This document shows, in pieces, positions 1 through 11,558 of a stretch of 64,000 nucleotides of DNA (position 1 is its first letter; each line of letters starts with the position of its first letter). The DNA is taken from assembly GCA_963751405.1 (NCBI GenBank), contig CAVVUJ010000034.1, positions 21,957 to 85,956 on the forward strand, written 5' to 3'. The translations under genes were made by a program, and so were the position numbers. The notes beneath the pieces are model-generated. The model was not told where the DNA came from. It did not search any database and worked only from the letters and a program-made list of their open reading frames with translations. Source of the stretch: an uncultured beta proteobacterium (GTDB lineage Bacteria > Pseudomonadota > Gammaproteobacteria > Burkholderiales > Casimicrobiaceae).

Positions 1-312
1 CAGCAGCGTCGCATCGCGCTTGCCCGACCGGCAGAGCGCGCAGAGGACGTCCTCCGTGAACGTGTTGCACCGCTCGCAATGGCGGACAGCCTGCGCCGCA
101 TGTTCGAGCGCGTGCGCGAGATGGACCGCGCCGTCGCGGTCGTGCTGCAGCAGGTGCAGCGCCATCCGCTGCGCGGCCTTGGGTCCGACGCCGGGCAGGA
201 TGCGCAGCGCGCGCGCCAGCTCGTCCATGCCCGAAAGCGCTTCCCCGGCCGGAGGAGACCGCGCCGCCGGAGAGCGCTCGTCAGCCGGGTTCACCGGGCG
301 AACCTTGGCCAT
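1..312 (-). CDS. recR: Recombination protein RecR (N-terminal part; gene runs off the left edge)
   Basis: Minus-strand translation 312->1 reads [15 protein letters not shown]...[77 protein letters not shown]. This is the RecR HhH motif plus C4 zinc finger. It is absent from the ORF track because no stop lies inside the window. It sits directly downstream of ybaB, as in dnaX-ybaB-recR operons. Start is ATG 312 or ATG 228. Confidence 0.85.
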   Translation of the reverse strand, partial: MAKVRPVNPADERSPAARSPPAGEALSGMDELARALRILPGVGPKAAQRMALHLLQHDRDGAVHLAHALEHAAQAVRHCERCNTFTEDVLCALCRSGKRDATLL

Positions 313-333
313 TCGCCCTGCCGAGAGGCCGGG

Positions 334-660
334 TCAAAACGGCAGCTTGAAACCCGGCGGCATCGGCATCCCCATCGTGAGGCCCGACATCTTCTCCTGC
401 GTCGTGGTCTCGACTCGACGCACCGCATCGTTGACCGCCGCGGCGAGCAGGTCCTCCAGCATGTCCTTGTCCTCGGAGAGCAGCGACGGATCGATGGTCA
501 CCCGCTTCACGTCGTGCCGGCAGGTCATCACGACCTTGACGAGGCCCGCGCCCGACTGTCCTTCGACCTCGGTCTGCGCGAGCTCCTCCTGCGCCTTCTT
601 CATGTTGTCCTGCATCTGCTGCGCCTGCTTCATGAGGCCGGCGAGTTGATTCTTCATCAT
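334..660 (-). CDS. ybaB: Nucleoid-associated protein YbaB/EbfC
   Basis: 108-aa [64 protein letters not shown]...PPGFKLPF matches the YbaB/EbfC family pattern. It lies between dnaX and recR. Confidence 0.9.
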   Translation of the reverse strand: MMKNQLAGLMKQAQQMQDNMKKAQEELAQTEVEGQSGAGLVKVVMTCRHDVKRVTIDPSLLSEDKDMLEDLLAAAVNDAVRRVETTTQEKMSGLTMGMPMPPGFKLPF

Positions 661-713
661 CGGACAGTCTTCCTGGTGATTGTGCGGGCGGGGGCGGTCT
701 GGCGCAACGGGAA

Positions 714-2432
714 CTACGACACGGGTTTGATCGAATCAGGCCGTATTTTCGCATCAAACCGGGCCAGCGCGTCCTGCACGAAGGGCTCGCCTCGAAACGC
801 CGCCTCGGTCCGGGCCTTCTGCTCGGCCTGCTCCCGGCTCCTCTGCGCCGCCAGCGAAGCATCGGCGGCGGAACCCACCTCGAAGGCGAGCATCCATTTC
901 CGGCCGGTGGCCTGGTCGATTGCCGCCTTGAGCTTGTCGGCGTAGGCCTTGTCCGCGAGGTGCTTGTGGGCCGCGGGCAGCGCCAGCGTCAGCACGTTGC
1001 CGGCGATGGACTTGAGCTCGGTCTGGGCGGCGAGCTGCGCCGCCATGGGGGCCAGGCGAAGGACGGTCACGAACGCGGGCCACGCGGCCGGATCCGTCGG
1101 CATCGGGACACGGGCGGGAGGCTCGGATCCGTCCGCCGCCGGCGCAGGCATCGGCGAACTTGCCGGCACCGTTGCAGGCGCGGGCGTCGGCGCGCTCATC
1201 GGCGTCGCACCCGTGGTCGTATCGCGCCCCGGCGCGCTGGCGCGGGACGCGGCAGCGGCATCGACGGTGGCCGCAGCGCCCTCCACAACGTCGCGCCTGG
1301 CCGGGTTTTGCCGCGGCGCTTCCTTCACCTCGCCCGCCAGGCGCCCGCCACCGGGCTCGAACGCGAGCAGCCGCAGGAGGGTCATCGAAAACCCCGTCGC
1401 CTCGTCCGGCGCCAGCGGGAGATCCGCGCGGCCCTGCACGCATATCTGGTAGGCGAGCTGGACCATCTCGGGCGTGAGCCGCGCGGCAAGAGCGCCCACG
1501 CGGCCGGCGTCGTCCATCGCTGCCGCCGCCTGCGGCACGGTCTGCGCCACGGCGATCCGATGGAACAGCGACGCGAGATCCTCGAGTGCCGAAGCGAACG
1601 CGATGCTGCGGCTCGCCATGGCATCGACCTCGGCGAGGAGCGCGGGCCCGTCGTCGGCGACGAGCGCGTCGACGATCCGGTATACGTATTCGGTATCGAC
1701 CGCGCCCAGCATCGTGCGCACGACCGCCTCCCGCACGTCGCCGCCGCCGTAGGCAATGGCCTGGTCGAGCAGCGACAGCGCGTCGCGCATGGAACCGTGC
1801 GCGGCACGCGCGATGAGGGCGAGCGCCGGCGGATCGCAGGCGATGCTCTCCGCCTTCAGGATCGTCGCCATCAGGTCGGCGATCAGCGCCGGCGCCAGCT
1901 GCTTCAGATTGAACTGCAGGCAGCGCGAGAGCACCGTGACGGGGATCTTCTGCGGGTCGGTCGTCGCCAGCACGAACTTGACGTGCTCGGGCGGCTCCTC
2001 GAGCGTCTTCAGCATCGAATTGAACGCGGCCTTCGACAGCATGTGCACTTCGTCGATCAGGTAGACCTTGAAGCGCCCGACGGTCGGCATGTAACGCGCG
2101 TTGTCCAGCACCTCGCGCATGTTGTCGATGCCGGTGTTCGACGCGGCGTCGAGCTCGAGCAGGTCGACGAAGCGGCCGGCATCGATGTCCATGCAGGCGG
2201 GGCAGCTGCCGCAGGGCGTAGCGGTGATGCCGTTGGTGATGCAATTGAGGCTCTTCGCCAGGATCCGCGCGATCGTCGTCTTGCCGACGCCGCGCGTCCC
2301 CGTGAGGAGGTAGGCATGGTGCAGGCGGTTGCGCGTCAGCGCATTGGTCAGCGCGGTGACCACGTGCTCCTGGCCGACGAGCTCCGAGAACGTCTTCGGT
2401 CGCCACTTGCGGGCGAGTGCCTGGTAGCTCAT
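714..2432 (-). CDS. dnaX: DNA polymerase III subunit gamma/tau
   Basis: Tracked ORF is 714-2474. The conserved N-terminus begins at [24 protein letters not shown] (residue 15, ATG 2432). It has Walker [10 protein letters not shown], zinc module CGSCPAC, the DEVHML box and a Pro/Ala-rich tau linker. The extra 42 nt of the tracked ORF overlap the ffs RNA. Confidence 0.93.
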   Translation of the reverse strand: MSYQALARKWRPKTFSELVGQEHVVTALTNALTRNRLHHAYLLTGTRGVGKTTIARILAKSLNCITNGITATPCGSCPACMDIDAGRFVDLLELDAASNTGIDNMREVLDNARYMPTVGRFKVYLIDEVHMLSKAAFNSMLKTLEEPPEHVKFVLATTDPQKIPVTVLSRCLQFNLKQLAPALIADLMATILKAESIACDPPALALIARAAHGSMRDALSLLDQAIAYGGGDVREAVVRTMLGAVDTEYVYRIVDALVADDGPALLAEVDAMASRSIAFASALEDLASLFHRIAVAQTVPQAAAAMDDAGRVGALAARLTPEMVQLAYQICVQGRADLPLAPDEATGFSMTLLRLLAFEPGGGRLAGEVKEAPRQNPARRDVVEGAAATVDAAAASRASAPGRDTTTGATPMSAPTPAPATVPASSPMPAPAADGSEPPARVPMPTDPAAWPAFVTVLRLAPMAAQLAAQTELKSIAGNVLTLALPAAHKHLADKAYADKLKAAIDQATGRKWMLAFEVGSAADASLAAQRSREQAEQKARTEAAFRGEPFVQDALARFDAKIRPDSIKPVS

Positions 2433-2449
2433 GGGCAGGCAGACAAAGG

Positions 2450-2550
2450 GGGTGGCGAGCCGTTCCCCCGGCACTTGCAGTTAATCGCTGTGGCTGCTTC
2501 CTTCCGGACCTGACCAGGTTCACGACGCTGCAATGCGGGGCGACCCGCCG
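2450..2550 (-). ncRNA. ffs: Signal recognition particle RNA (4.5S/SRP RNA, small bacterial type)
   Basis: The minus strand carries CCUGGUCAGGUCCGGAAGGAAGCAGCC, the near-invariant SRP RNA domain IV core. It is flanked by complementary arms GGCGGGUCGCCCCGCAUUGCAG and CUGCAAGUGCCGGGGGAACGGCUCGCC. Location just upstream of dnaX is common. Ends are approximate (+-5 nt). Confidence 0.85.
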
Positions 2551-2704
2551 TTGATCGGTTGCGCATGCTGCGCAGGCTGGGGATTATCGGCTAATCGGCG
2601 GCCTGGCGGCAAGGCGGTTGCAAGGTGCCCCGCCGCCACGTGCCGCTATAATCCGGCGCATCGTCGTCCGCCGCGCCCGTGCCGCCATCGCCATCCGACC
2701 GACA

Positions 2705-4203
2705 GTGCGTCCGTTACACCGCGCCCTACTGCTCCTGGCGGGCCTCGCCATCGCGGCGGCCATTGCGTTGTTTCCGACAGTTCACGGTCCCCAGCCCTTG
2801 CCGACGCCGGAGGAGGCGCAGGAGCTGATCGTCCTCGTTCGCCCGGGTCCTGCTTTCTACTTTCCCGGGCCCGACGGAGAAATCACCGGATTCGATGTCG
2901 ACCTCGCCCGCCGTTTTGCCGCCGAAAAGAGATTGCCGCTCAGATTCGCGCTTGCCGATTCCGCGGCGCAGGTGATGGCCGCGATCGCCAGCGGCAAAGC
3001 GCACATCGGCGCCGGCGGCCTGTACCGGCCGCCAGCCCCCACCGAGACGGCCGCGGACGCTGCGCCCGCGACGACCGGCCGAACCGACCGCGGGCGAGGC
3101 GACGCCCGACGTGCTGTGGACGACCGGAGTCGTGTCCGCCCAACCGGTGCTGATCTACAACCGCGACGGCTACAAGCCGGCGAACTGGGGCGATCTCGAT
3201 GGCGAGACCGTCGCCTTCATCGCGGATGCGGGCTTCGAGTCCGACATCGCCGCCACGCGCGACATGCATCCGGGCATCCGCTGGGAAGCGCTGGCGTTGC
3301 CGTCCGTCGCCGCGCTCATCGCCCAGGTTTCCGACGGGACCGTCGGTTACGCGATCGTCGGCTCGCTCGCCGCCTCGCTCGCGCGCAACGTCTACGTGGA
3401 CTTCGAGGTCGCGTTTCCTGCCGGCAGAAAACGCGAGGTCGCCTGGGTCGTGCCTTCGCGCTTCGACGATCTGCGGCAGGAGCTCGACCGCTTTCTCGCG
3501 CGGCTGCGGCGCGACGGCACCCTCGCCCGCCTCACCGACCGCTATCTGCCGGACCCGCGCCAGATCCAGCGTGTCGACGCCAGCGTGCTGCAGGAGCGGA
3601 TGCGCACGGTGCTGCCGCAGTACCTGCACCTGTTTCACGATGCGCAGGAGAAAAGCGGGATCGAGTGGCGGCTGCTCGCGGCGATGGCCTATCAGGAGTC
3701 GCAATGGGACCCGGCGGCCACGAGCCCCACCGGCGTGCGCGGGATCATGCAGATCACCGAGGATACGGCCAGGCACCTCGGGGTCAGCGACCTTCTCGAC
3801 CCCGCACAGAACGTCGTCGCTGCGGGGCGCTATCTGCGCGACCTCAAGGCCAAGTTCCCGCCGCGCATTCACGAGCCTGATCGCACGTGGCTGGCACTCG
3901 CCGCGTTCAACATCGGCCTCGGCCACCTCGAGGATGCCCGCATCCTCGCGCAGAAGCAGAAGCTCGATCCGGACCTCTGGAGCGACGTCAAGAAGGTGCT
4001 GCCGCTGCTCGCGATTCCCGGAGTATTACCAGCAGGCGAAACTGGGCTACGCGAGGGGCGGGATGCCGGTGGCCTTCGTCGACCGCGTGCGCGGGTATTA
4101 CGATGTGCTGCTCGCGCACGCTCCGCCGCACCGGCCGCGGCTCGGCGCGTTCGCCACCACCGCCGGGCAGGACGCACCGGGTTCCGGAAACCGAAAGCAA
4201 TAA
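2705..4203 (+). pseudogene. mltF: Membrane-bound lytic murein transglycosylase F (MltF); frame broken twice as assembled
   Basis: The signal peptide and SBP-like domain are in the frame of ORF 2618-3880 (VRPLHRALLLLAGLAIAAAIALF...ITGFDVDLARRFAAEKRLPLRF...GKAHIGAGGLY). The gene continues in the frame of ORF 3111-4994 (VLWTTGVVSAQPVLIYNRDGYKP..., SLT domain AMAYQESQWDPAATSPTGVRGIMQIT, AAFNIGLGHL). It ends in the frame of ORF 3199-4203 (PEYYQQAKLGYARGGMPVAFVDRVRGYYDVLLAH). Shifts lie near 3060-3100 and 4010-4020. The GTG 2705 start is a guess; TTG 2618 is also open. Confidence 0.8.
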
Positions 4204-4223
4204 CAACCGCAAATGGAGTCGTC

Positions 4224-4994
4224 ATGGATTGGCTAGCTTCCCCCGAGGCGTGGATCGCGCTCCTCACCCTGACCGCGCTCGAGATCGTCCTCGGCGTGGA
4301 CAACATCATCTTCATCTCGATCCTCGTCGGCCGCCTGCCGCCGGAACAGCGGGCGCGGGCACGCATGATCGGCCTCGGGCTCGCGATGGTGATGCGCATC
4401 GCCCTGCTGCTGTCGCTCGCCTGGATGATGCGCCTCACCGATCCGCTGTTCTCGGTCTTTCGCCAGGGCTTTTCCGGGCGCGACCTGATCCTGCTCTTCG
4501 GCGGGCTGTTCCTGCTCGCGAAATCCGTGATGGAGATCCACAACTCGCTCGAGGGCGAAGCCGCGGACAGCCACGGCATGCCGCGTCCCGCCGCTTTCTA
4601 CGGCACGCTGGTCCAGATCGCCATCATCGACATCGTGTTCTCGCTGGATTCGGTGATCACCGCGGTCGGGATGGTCAACGACATTCCAATCATGGTGCTC
4701 GCCATCGTCATTGCCGTCGCCGTCATGATGTTCGCCGCCAGGCCCATCGGCGATTTCGTCGATGCGCATCCGACGATCAAGATGCTGGCGCTCGCGTTCC
4801 TGATCCTGATCGGCGTGGCCCTCATCGGCGAGGGCTTCGAGCTGCACATTCCGAAGGGCTACATCTACTTCGCGATGGCCTTCGCCGTGGCCGTGGAAAT
4901 GCTCAATCTGCGCCTGCGCAAGAAGCGGCAGCCGATCCGGCTGCACAAGGAGCTGGAGGCGAACGGGACGCCGAGTGACACGCCGGGACCGTGA
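4224..4994 (+). CDS. TerC family integral membrane protein
   Basis: This is the C-terminal part of tracked ORF 3111-4994, starting at ATG 4224: MDWLASPEAWIALLTLTALEIVLGVDNIIFISILVGRLPPEQRARA...FSLDSVITAVGM. It has the multi-TM TerC signature (EIVLGVDNIIFI, DxxFSLDSV). The apparent fusion to mltF arises only because no in-frame stop separates them. Confidence 0.85.
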   Translation: MDWLASPEAWIALLTLTALEIVLGVDNIIFISILVGRLPPEQRARARMIGLGLAMVMRIALLLSLAWMMRLTDPLFSVFRQGFSGRDLILLFGGLFLLAKSVMEIHNSLEGEAADSHGMPRPAAFYGTLVQIAIIDIVFSLDSVITAVGMVNDIPIMVLAIVIAVAVMMFAARPIGDFVDAHPTIKMLALAFLILIGVALIGEGFELHIPKGYIYFAMAFAVAVEMLNLRLRKKRQPIRLHKELEANGTPSDTPGP

Positions 4995-5044
4995 CGCGGG
5001 TGGAGGGTCCCGGTTTCGCTGCCGCTGGCTCATAATGGAGCCTC

Positions 5045-5873
5045 ATGATGCGTGCAGCGCCGTGGTTCGGCGTCCTCCTTCTGCTGGCTGTCGCAACCGG
5101 TGTGCCCGCCGCCGCTCCAGCGACCGTATTCGTCGACGAGCTGACGTGGCCCGAGCTGAGGGACCAGGTTCGCGCCGGACGGACGACCATCATCATCCCG
5201 ATCGGCGGCACCGAGCAGAACGGACCGCACATGGTGCTGGGCAAGCACAACGCGCGGGCCAGGGCGCTCGCCGGAAAGATCGCGCAGACGCTCGGCAATG
5301 CGCTGGTGGCGCCGGTTCTCGCCTACGTGCCCGAAGGGAGCATCGAGCCCGCCGACGGCGCACATGCGCTTTCCCGGAACCATCACGGTGCCCGAGGCCG
5401 CGTTCGAGCAGGTCATCGCGTCCGCGGCGCGCAGCTTCAGGCTCCACGGCTTTCGCGACATCGTGCTGCTCGGCGATCACGGCGGCTATCAGAAGAGCCT
5501 GCGGGCCGTGGCGAATCGGCTGAACAAGGAGTGGAGCGCCACGACCGTCCGCGTGCACGCGGTCGAAGAGTATTACCGCGTCGCCGAGACCACGTACCCG
5601 CAGGCCCTGCGGAGCCGCGGTTACCGCGATGACGAGATCGGCACCCACGCCGGCCTGGCCGACACGTCGCTCGCGCTGGCGGTCGACCCCGGACTCGTGC
5701 GCACCGAGCGCCTGCAGCCCGGCACGAAGCTGAGCGCTGCCGAGGGCGTCTATGGCGATCCGCGCCGGGCGTCCGCCGAGCTCGGGCAATTGGGCGTGGA
5801 TGCGATCGTGGCGGCTACTGTCGATGCGATCCGGCGTGCCACTGCCCGCGGCCCGCCGTCGGTCCGACCTTGA
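5045..5873 (+). pseudogene. Creatininase (creatinine amidohydrolase) family protein; one frameshift as assembled
   Basis: ORF 5045-5632 gives a signal-like N-terminus and IIIPIGGTEQNGPHMVLGKH...VLAYVPEGSIEP. ORF 5298-5873 continues TAHMRFPGTITVPEAAFEQV...LLGDHGGYQ...GTHAGLADTS. The frames join at gagcccgcc (~5345-5353). Confidence 0.75.
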
Positions 5874-5929
5874 GCGGCGCGCCGCGCGCGCCTCCCCCTA
5901 TCGCCAACGGCAATTGTTCAGGAGTACTC

Positions 5930-7189
5930 ATGCCCTTCCGAAATTTGTCTCGTTCGTTACCTCGGGTCTTCTGGCTTGGCCTCGGGGTCGGCGCGCTCGT
6001 CTGGGCGCAGGCTCCGGCGGGACCGCCCAAGCCCGACGCCGCGCCGGCGGTGGCCACGGTTCCCGGGATGCCGCCCGTGGTCGACCCGGCCAATCTCTAC
6101 AGCGAAACGGCCGCCGGAAAGATGGGCGCGACAGTTGCCGGCGATCTGCCGCGCGTCTACGTCCCCCACATTCAGTCCAACGACGTCTACGTGATCGATC
6201 CCGGCACGCGCAAGGTCGTCGACCGGTTCAAGGTGGGGATCAACCCGCAGCACGTCGTGCCATCGTGGGACCTGCGTACGCTGTGGGTCGCGAACAACGC
6301 GGAGAACACGAAGCTCGGCAGCCTCACGCCGATCGATCCGAGAACGGGCAAGCCCGGCGCGTCCCTCAAGGTCGACGATCCGTACAACATGTATTTCACG
6401 CCGGACGGAAAATCGGCGATCATCGTCGCCGAAGCCTACAAGCGGCTCGATTTCCGCGATCCGCACACGATGGCGATGCAGTCTTCGCTGGAAGTGCCGC
6501 AATGCAAGGGCATCAACCACGCCGATTTCTCGATCGACGGTCGGTACGCGATCTTCACCTGCGAATTCTCCGGCACCGTGGCCAAGATCGACCTCGTGAA
6601 CCGGAAGGTGCTGGGCTACACGCAGGTGATACAGCCCGGCCGGCCGACCACCGTCGTCAAGGGGCCCGACGGCAAGGACGAGGTCATCTGCACGACCTGG
6701 ACGGGCATGCCCCAGGACATTCGAGCCTCGCCCGACGGCAAGCTCTTCTTCGTCGCCGACATGATGGCCGACGGCGTGCACGTCGTCGACGGCGAGGCAT
6801 TCAAGCAGGTCGGGTTCATCGAGACCGGCAAGGGGACGCACGGGCTCTATCCCAGCCGCGACGGGAAAAAGCTCTACGTCGCCAATCGCGGCTCGAACAA
6901 GATCCACGGGCCGCCGAAAGGCAAGGGCAGCGTGTCCGTGATCGACTTCGCGACGCGCAAGGTCGACGTGACCTGGCCGATTCCGGGTGGCGGCAGCCCG
7001 GACATGGGCAACGTGAGCGCGGACGGAAAGACACTCTGGCTCTCGGGTCGCTACGACCACGTCGTCTACGTGTTCGACACGGGGAGCGGCGCCGTCACCA
7101 TCATTCCAGTCGGCAAGGAGCCGCACGGACTCACCGTGTGGCCGCAGCCCGGCCGCTACTCGCTCGGCCACACCGGGAACCTGCGCTGA
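5930..7189 (+). CDS. YVTN-family beta-propeller repeat protein (secreted)
   Basis: ORF 5870-7189. The likely start is ATG 5930 (MPFRNLSRSLPRVFWLGLGVGALVWAQA signal peptide, GGAG 8 nt upstream). It has repeated blades of the type VYVIDPGTRKVV, LWVANN, YFTPDGK, FFVADMMADGVHVVD, LYVANRGSNKI, SVIDFATRKV and VYVFDTGSG. Confidence 0.7.
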   Translation: MPFRNLSRSLPRVFWLGLGVGALVWAQAPAGPPKPDAAPAVATVPGMPPVVDPANLYSETAAGKMGATVAGDLPRVYVPHIQSNDVYVIDPGTRKVVDRFKVGINPQHVVPSWDLRTLWVANNAENTKLGSLTPIDPRTGKPGASLKVDDPYNMYFTPDGKSAIIVAEAYKRLDFRDPHTMAMQSSLEVPQCKGINHADFSIDGRYAIFTCEFSGTVAKIDLVNRKVLGYTQVIQPGRPTTVVKGPDGKDEVICTTWTGMPQDIRASPDGKLFFVADMMADGVHVVDGEAFKQVGFIETGKGTHGLYPSRDGKKLYVANRGSNKIHGPPKGKGSVSVIDFATRKVDVTWPIPGGGSPDMGNVSADGKTLWLSGRYDHVVYVFDTGSGAVTIIPVGKEPHGLTVWPQPGRYSLGHTGNLR

Positions 7190-7229
7190 CCCACCAGCGC
7201 CGGCCCGTGGCGAAGACAACGCGCGAGGG

Positions 7230-8552
<1,323 letters not shown>

Positions 8553-8595
8553 CTAGCAAATGCGGCGTGAGCGATCCCCAACCACGAACGAAACG

Positions 8596-9979
8596 TCACT
8601 GCTCGTCGCCGCGCGCCTTCCGGTCCTGCGCGCGCAGCCAATCGAGCTTCTCGCGGATCTTCGCCTCGAGGCCGCGATCGGTCGGCTGGTACCAGGACAC
8701 TTCGGGCATGTTGTCCGGGAAATAGCGCTCGCCGGCGGCAAAGCCACCTGCCTCGTCGTGGGCGTAGCGGTAACCCTTGCCGTAGCCCAGACCCTTCATC
8801 ATCTTCGTCGGCGCGTTGCGCAGCCGCAGCGGCACCGGCCGCGAGCCGTCCTCGGCGATGAACGCGCGCGCCGCGTTGTAGGCCGTGTACACCGCGTTCG
8901 ACTTGGCGGCGCAGGCGAGATAGAGCACGGCTTCGGCCAGCGCCAGCTCGCCCTCCGGCGTGCCGAGACGCTCGTAGGTTTCGACAGCGGCCGTGGTCAG
9001 CTCCAGCGCGCGCGGGTCGGCAAGCCCGATGTCCTCGGTCGCCATCCGGATCAGCCGCCGGCCGACGTAGAGCGGGTCGGCGCCGCCGTCGAGCATCCGG
9101 CACATCCAGTAGAGCGCCGCATCCGGATTCGACCCCCGCACCGACTTGTGCAGCGCGGAGATCTGGTCGTAGAACGCCTCGCCGCCCTTGTCGAAACGGC
9201 GCAGGCTGCGCGCGATCGTCGCTTCGATGAACGCGACATCGACGGGCGCCTTGCGCCCCTCCCCCGCGGCCGTCGCCAGGTACTCGACCAGGTTGACGAG
9301 CCGCCGGCCATCGCCGTCGGCATAGGCGATCAGCGTCTCGCGCGCCGCCGGATCCAGTTGGAGTCCCGGCGCACCGACCGCGAGCGCGCGCATGGAGCAG
9401 GTGCGCGAGCTCCTCCGCCGACAGCGGTTCCAGCACGTAGACCGCCGCCCGGGACAGGAGTGCGCTGTTGACCTCGAACGAGGGATTCTCGGTCGTCGCG
9501 CCGATGAACGTCACCAGCCCGGCTTCGACGTAGGGCAGAAACGCGTCCTGCTGGGCCTTGTTGAAACGGTGCACCTCGTCGACGAAGAGGATCGTGTGCC
9601 GTCCCGATTGCGCCAGCGTCGCTTCCGCGCGCGCGACGGCGTCGCGGATGTCCTTGACGCCCGCCAGGACGGCCGACAGCGCGATGAACTCGGCGTTGAA
9701 GGCGCGGGCCATCAAGCGCGCAAGCGTGGTCTTGCCCACGCCGGGCGGGCCCCACAGCAGCATCGAGTGCGGCTTGCCGGACGCGAACGCGACCGCCAGC
9801 GGCTTGCCCGGCGCAAGCAGATGACGCTGGCCGATCACCTCGTCGATGGTGGTCGGGCGCAGCCGATCCGCAAGCGGCGCCGCGGGATTGGCGGTGGCGA
9901 AGAGATCGGTCACGAATGCACGGATGGCGAAAAGCGGGGCGGCTGCCGTCGTACCGAAGGCCGTCGCAGGCACGGGCAC
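8596..9979 (-). pseudogene. rarA: Replication-associated recombination protein A (RarA/MgsA); one frameshift as assembled
   Basis: The AAA+ half is in the frame of ORF 7931-9979 ([49 protein letters not shown]). The MgsA C-terminal half is in ORF 8596-9393 ([62 protein letters not shown]). The frames meet at ~9390-9395. An alternative GTG start lies near 9913. Confidence 0.85.
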
Positions 9980-10057
9980 AGCGCCGAGCCGTCTCGCGTT
10001 GACCCCGTCCTTTGCGGCAGCGTAGAGTCCGCATTATCGGCCATTTCCGCCGCATGC

Positions 10058-10771
10058 ATGAAAACGACATTCATTCCTCTCGGCCTCGCCCTGCTTGCGG
10101 CCACGCTGCTCGTCGCCTCGGGCTACGGCGCGCGGTTCGGCGCGTGGGACTACCGCTTCGGTTTCCAGCTCGTGCGCTGGAGCCTCTACGCCGGCCTCGC
10201 GATTGCCGCGCTGGCTCTGGTCTTCCTGCTGATCCCGCGTTTTCGCGCCGGCGGGATCGCCGCACTGGCGGCGGCGATCGCGATCGCCGCCGGCGTGGCC
10301 TACGTGCCGTCGCACTGGCTGCAGACCGCGCGCGCCGCGGCCGCGATCAACGACGTCACGACCGACACCGAGAACCCGCCGGCGTTCGTCGCGGTCCTGC
10401 CGTTGCGCGCCACCGCCGCCGTGCCTGCTGCCTATCCAGGAAGCGAAACCGCGAGGGCGCAGCGGCGCGCCTATCCCGACATCGTTCCGCTGGAGCTCGC
10501 GGTGGCGCCGGCGGCGGCTTTCGCTCGCGCGCTGGACGCGGCAACGGCGATGGGGTGGGAGATCGTGGCGGCCGACGCGGCCGCCGGACGCATCGAAGCG
10601 ACGGCGACCACGCCCTGGTTCGGCTTTCGCGACGACATCGTGGTGCGCGTCGCGCCGACGCCGACGGGCAGCCGGATCGACGTGCGTTCCGTGTCGCGGG
10701 TCGGCAAGAGCGACCTCGGCGCCAACGCCAAGCGCATTCGCGCCTTTCTCGCGCGGCTCGGCCATGCGTGA
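10058..10771 (+). CDS. DUF1499 domain-containing membrane protein
   Basis: C-terminal 237 codons of tracked ORF 9392-10771, starting at MKTTFIPLGLALLAATLLVA. It has N-terminal TM helices, then INDVTTDTENPPAF...AYPDIVPLE...TPWFGFRDDIVVRV...IDVRSVSRVGKSDLGANAKRIRAFL, the DUF1499 pattern. Confidence 0.7.
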   Translation: MKTTFIPLGLALLAATLLVASGYGARFGAWDYRFGFQLVRWSLYAGLAIAALALVFLLIPRFRAGGIAALAAAIAIAAGVAYVPSHWLQTARAAAAINDVTTDTENPPAFVAVLPLRATAAVPAAYPGSETARAQRRAYPDIVPLELAVAPAAAFARALDAATAMGWEIVAADAAAGRIEATATTPWFGFRDDIVVRVAPTPTGSRIDVRSVSRVGKSDLGANAKRIRAFLARLGHA

Positions 10772-11558
10772 CAACCCGGTCAAGGCCACGCTCGCCGCGG
10801 GCGGCTGTGCGTTCGGCGCGATGGTCTTCGAATTCTTCTCGCCGGGCTTGCCGCAGCTTTGCCGGAATGCCGGCGCCGACTTCGTGCTCTACGACATGGA
10901 GCACACGGGGCTCGGCTTCGAGACGCTGAAGACCCAGTTCGCGCTGTGCCGCGGGCTGCCGCTCGTGCCGATGGTCCGCGTGCCGCGCGGCGAATACCAC
11001 TTCATCGCCCGGGCGCTCGACGTCGGCGCGATGGGCGTGATGGTGCCCATGGTGGGCACGCCCGAGGAGGCCGCGCACATCGTCGCCTGCACCCGCTACC
11101 CGCCGCAGGGCCGCCGCGGCGCCGCGTTCGGCTTCGCGCACGACGATTACGAAAGCGGCGACATCGCGGCGAAGATCGCGGCGCTGCACGCGCGCACGAT
11201 GGTGATACCGCAGATCGAGACCCGCGAGGGCCTCGCCAACGTGGAGGCGATCGCGGCGGTGCCCGGCGTCGACGCGCTGTGGGTGGGGCATTTCGATCTC
11301 ACGAATTTCATGGGCATCCCGGGCCAGTTCAGGCATCCCGACTACCTGGCCGCGATCGATCGCATCGTCGCCGCGTGCGAGGCGCACGGCAAGACGGCCG
11401 CATTCATCGCGACCGACGACGAATGGGCGCGCGACTATGCCGCGAAAGGCTTCCGCCTGATGGCCTACGGCATCGATCAGCTGATGTTGCAACGCGCGCT
11501 GGGGCACGGCCTCGACGTGCTGCGCGCGGCGGGCCGGCCGCGAGGCGGCGCCCTATGA
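10764..11558 (+). CDS. HpcH/HpaI family aldolase (2-keto-3-deoxy-acid aldolase-like)
   Basis: 264-aa ORF with FGAMVFEFFSPGLPQLCRNAGADFVLYDMEHTG, PMVRVP, GVMVPMVGTPEEA, YPPQGRRGAAFG, IPQIETREGLANVEAIAAVPGVDALWVGHFDL. This is the class II aldolase/citrate-lyase fold family. Confidence 0.8.
   Translation: MRDNPVKATLAAGGCAFGAMVFEFFSPGLPQLCRNAGADFVLYDMEHTGLGFETLKTQFALCRGLPLVPMVRVPRGEYHFIARALDVGAMGVMVPMVGTPEEAAHIVACTRYPPQGRRGAAFGFAHDDYESGDIAAKIAALHARTMVIPQIETREGLANVEAIAAVPGVDALWVGHFDLTNFMGIPGQFRHPDYLAAIDRIVAACEAHGKTAAFIATDDEWARDYAAKGFRLMAYGIDQLMLQRALGHGLDVLRAAGRPRGGAL

Noticed and set aside
714-2432. Looked for the dnaX programmed -1 frameshift site (A AAA AAG plus hairpin) that yields gamma in E. 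coli.
   Set aside because: No A-rich slippery heptamer is visible on the coding strand of this high-G+C gene, so no claim is made.
3111-4994. A 627-aa ORF suggesting an MltF-TerC fusion.
   Set aside because: The true mltF C-terminus (PEYYQQAKLGYARGG...) is in another frame and stops at 4203. TerC starts at its own ATG at 4224. The junction region translates to Arg/Ala-rich nonsense.
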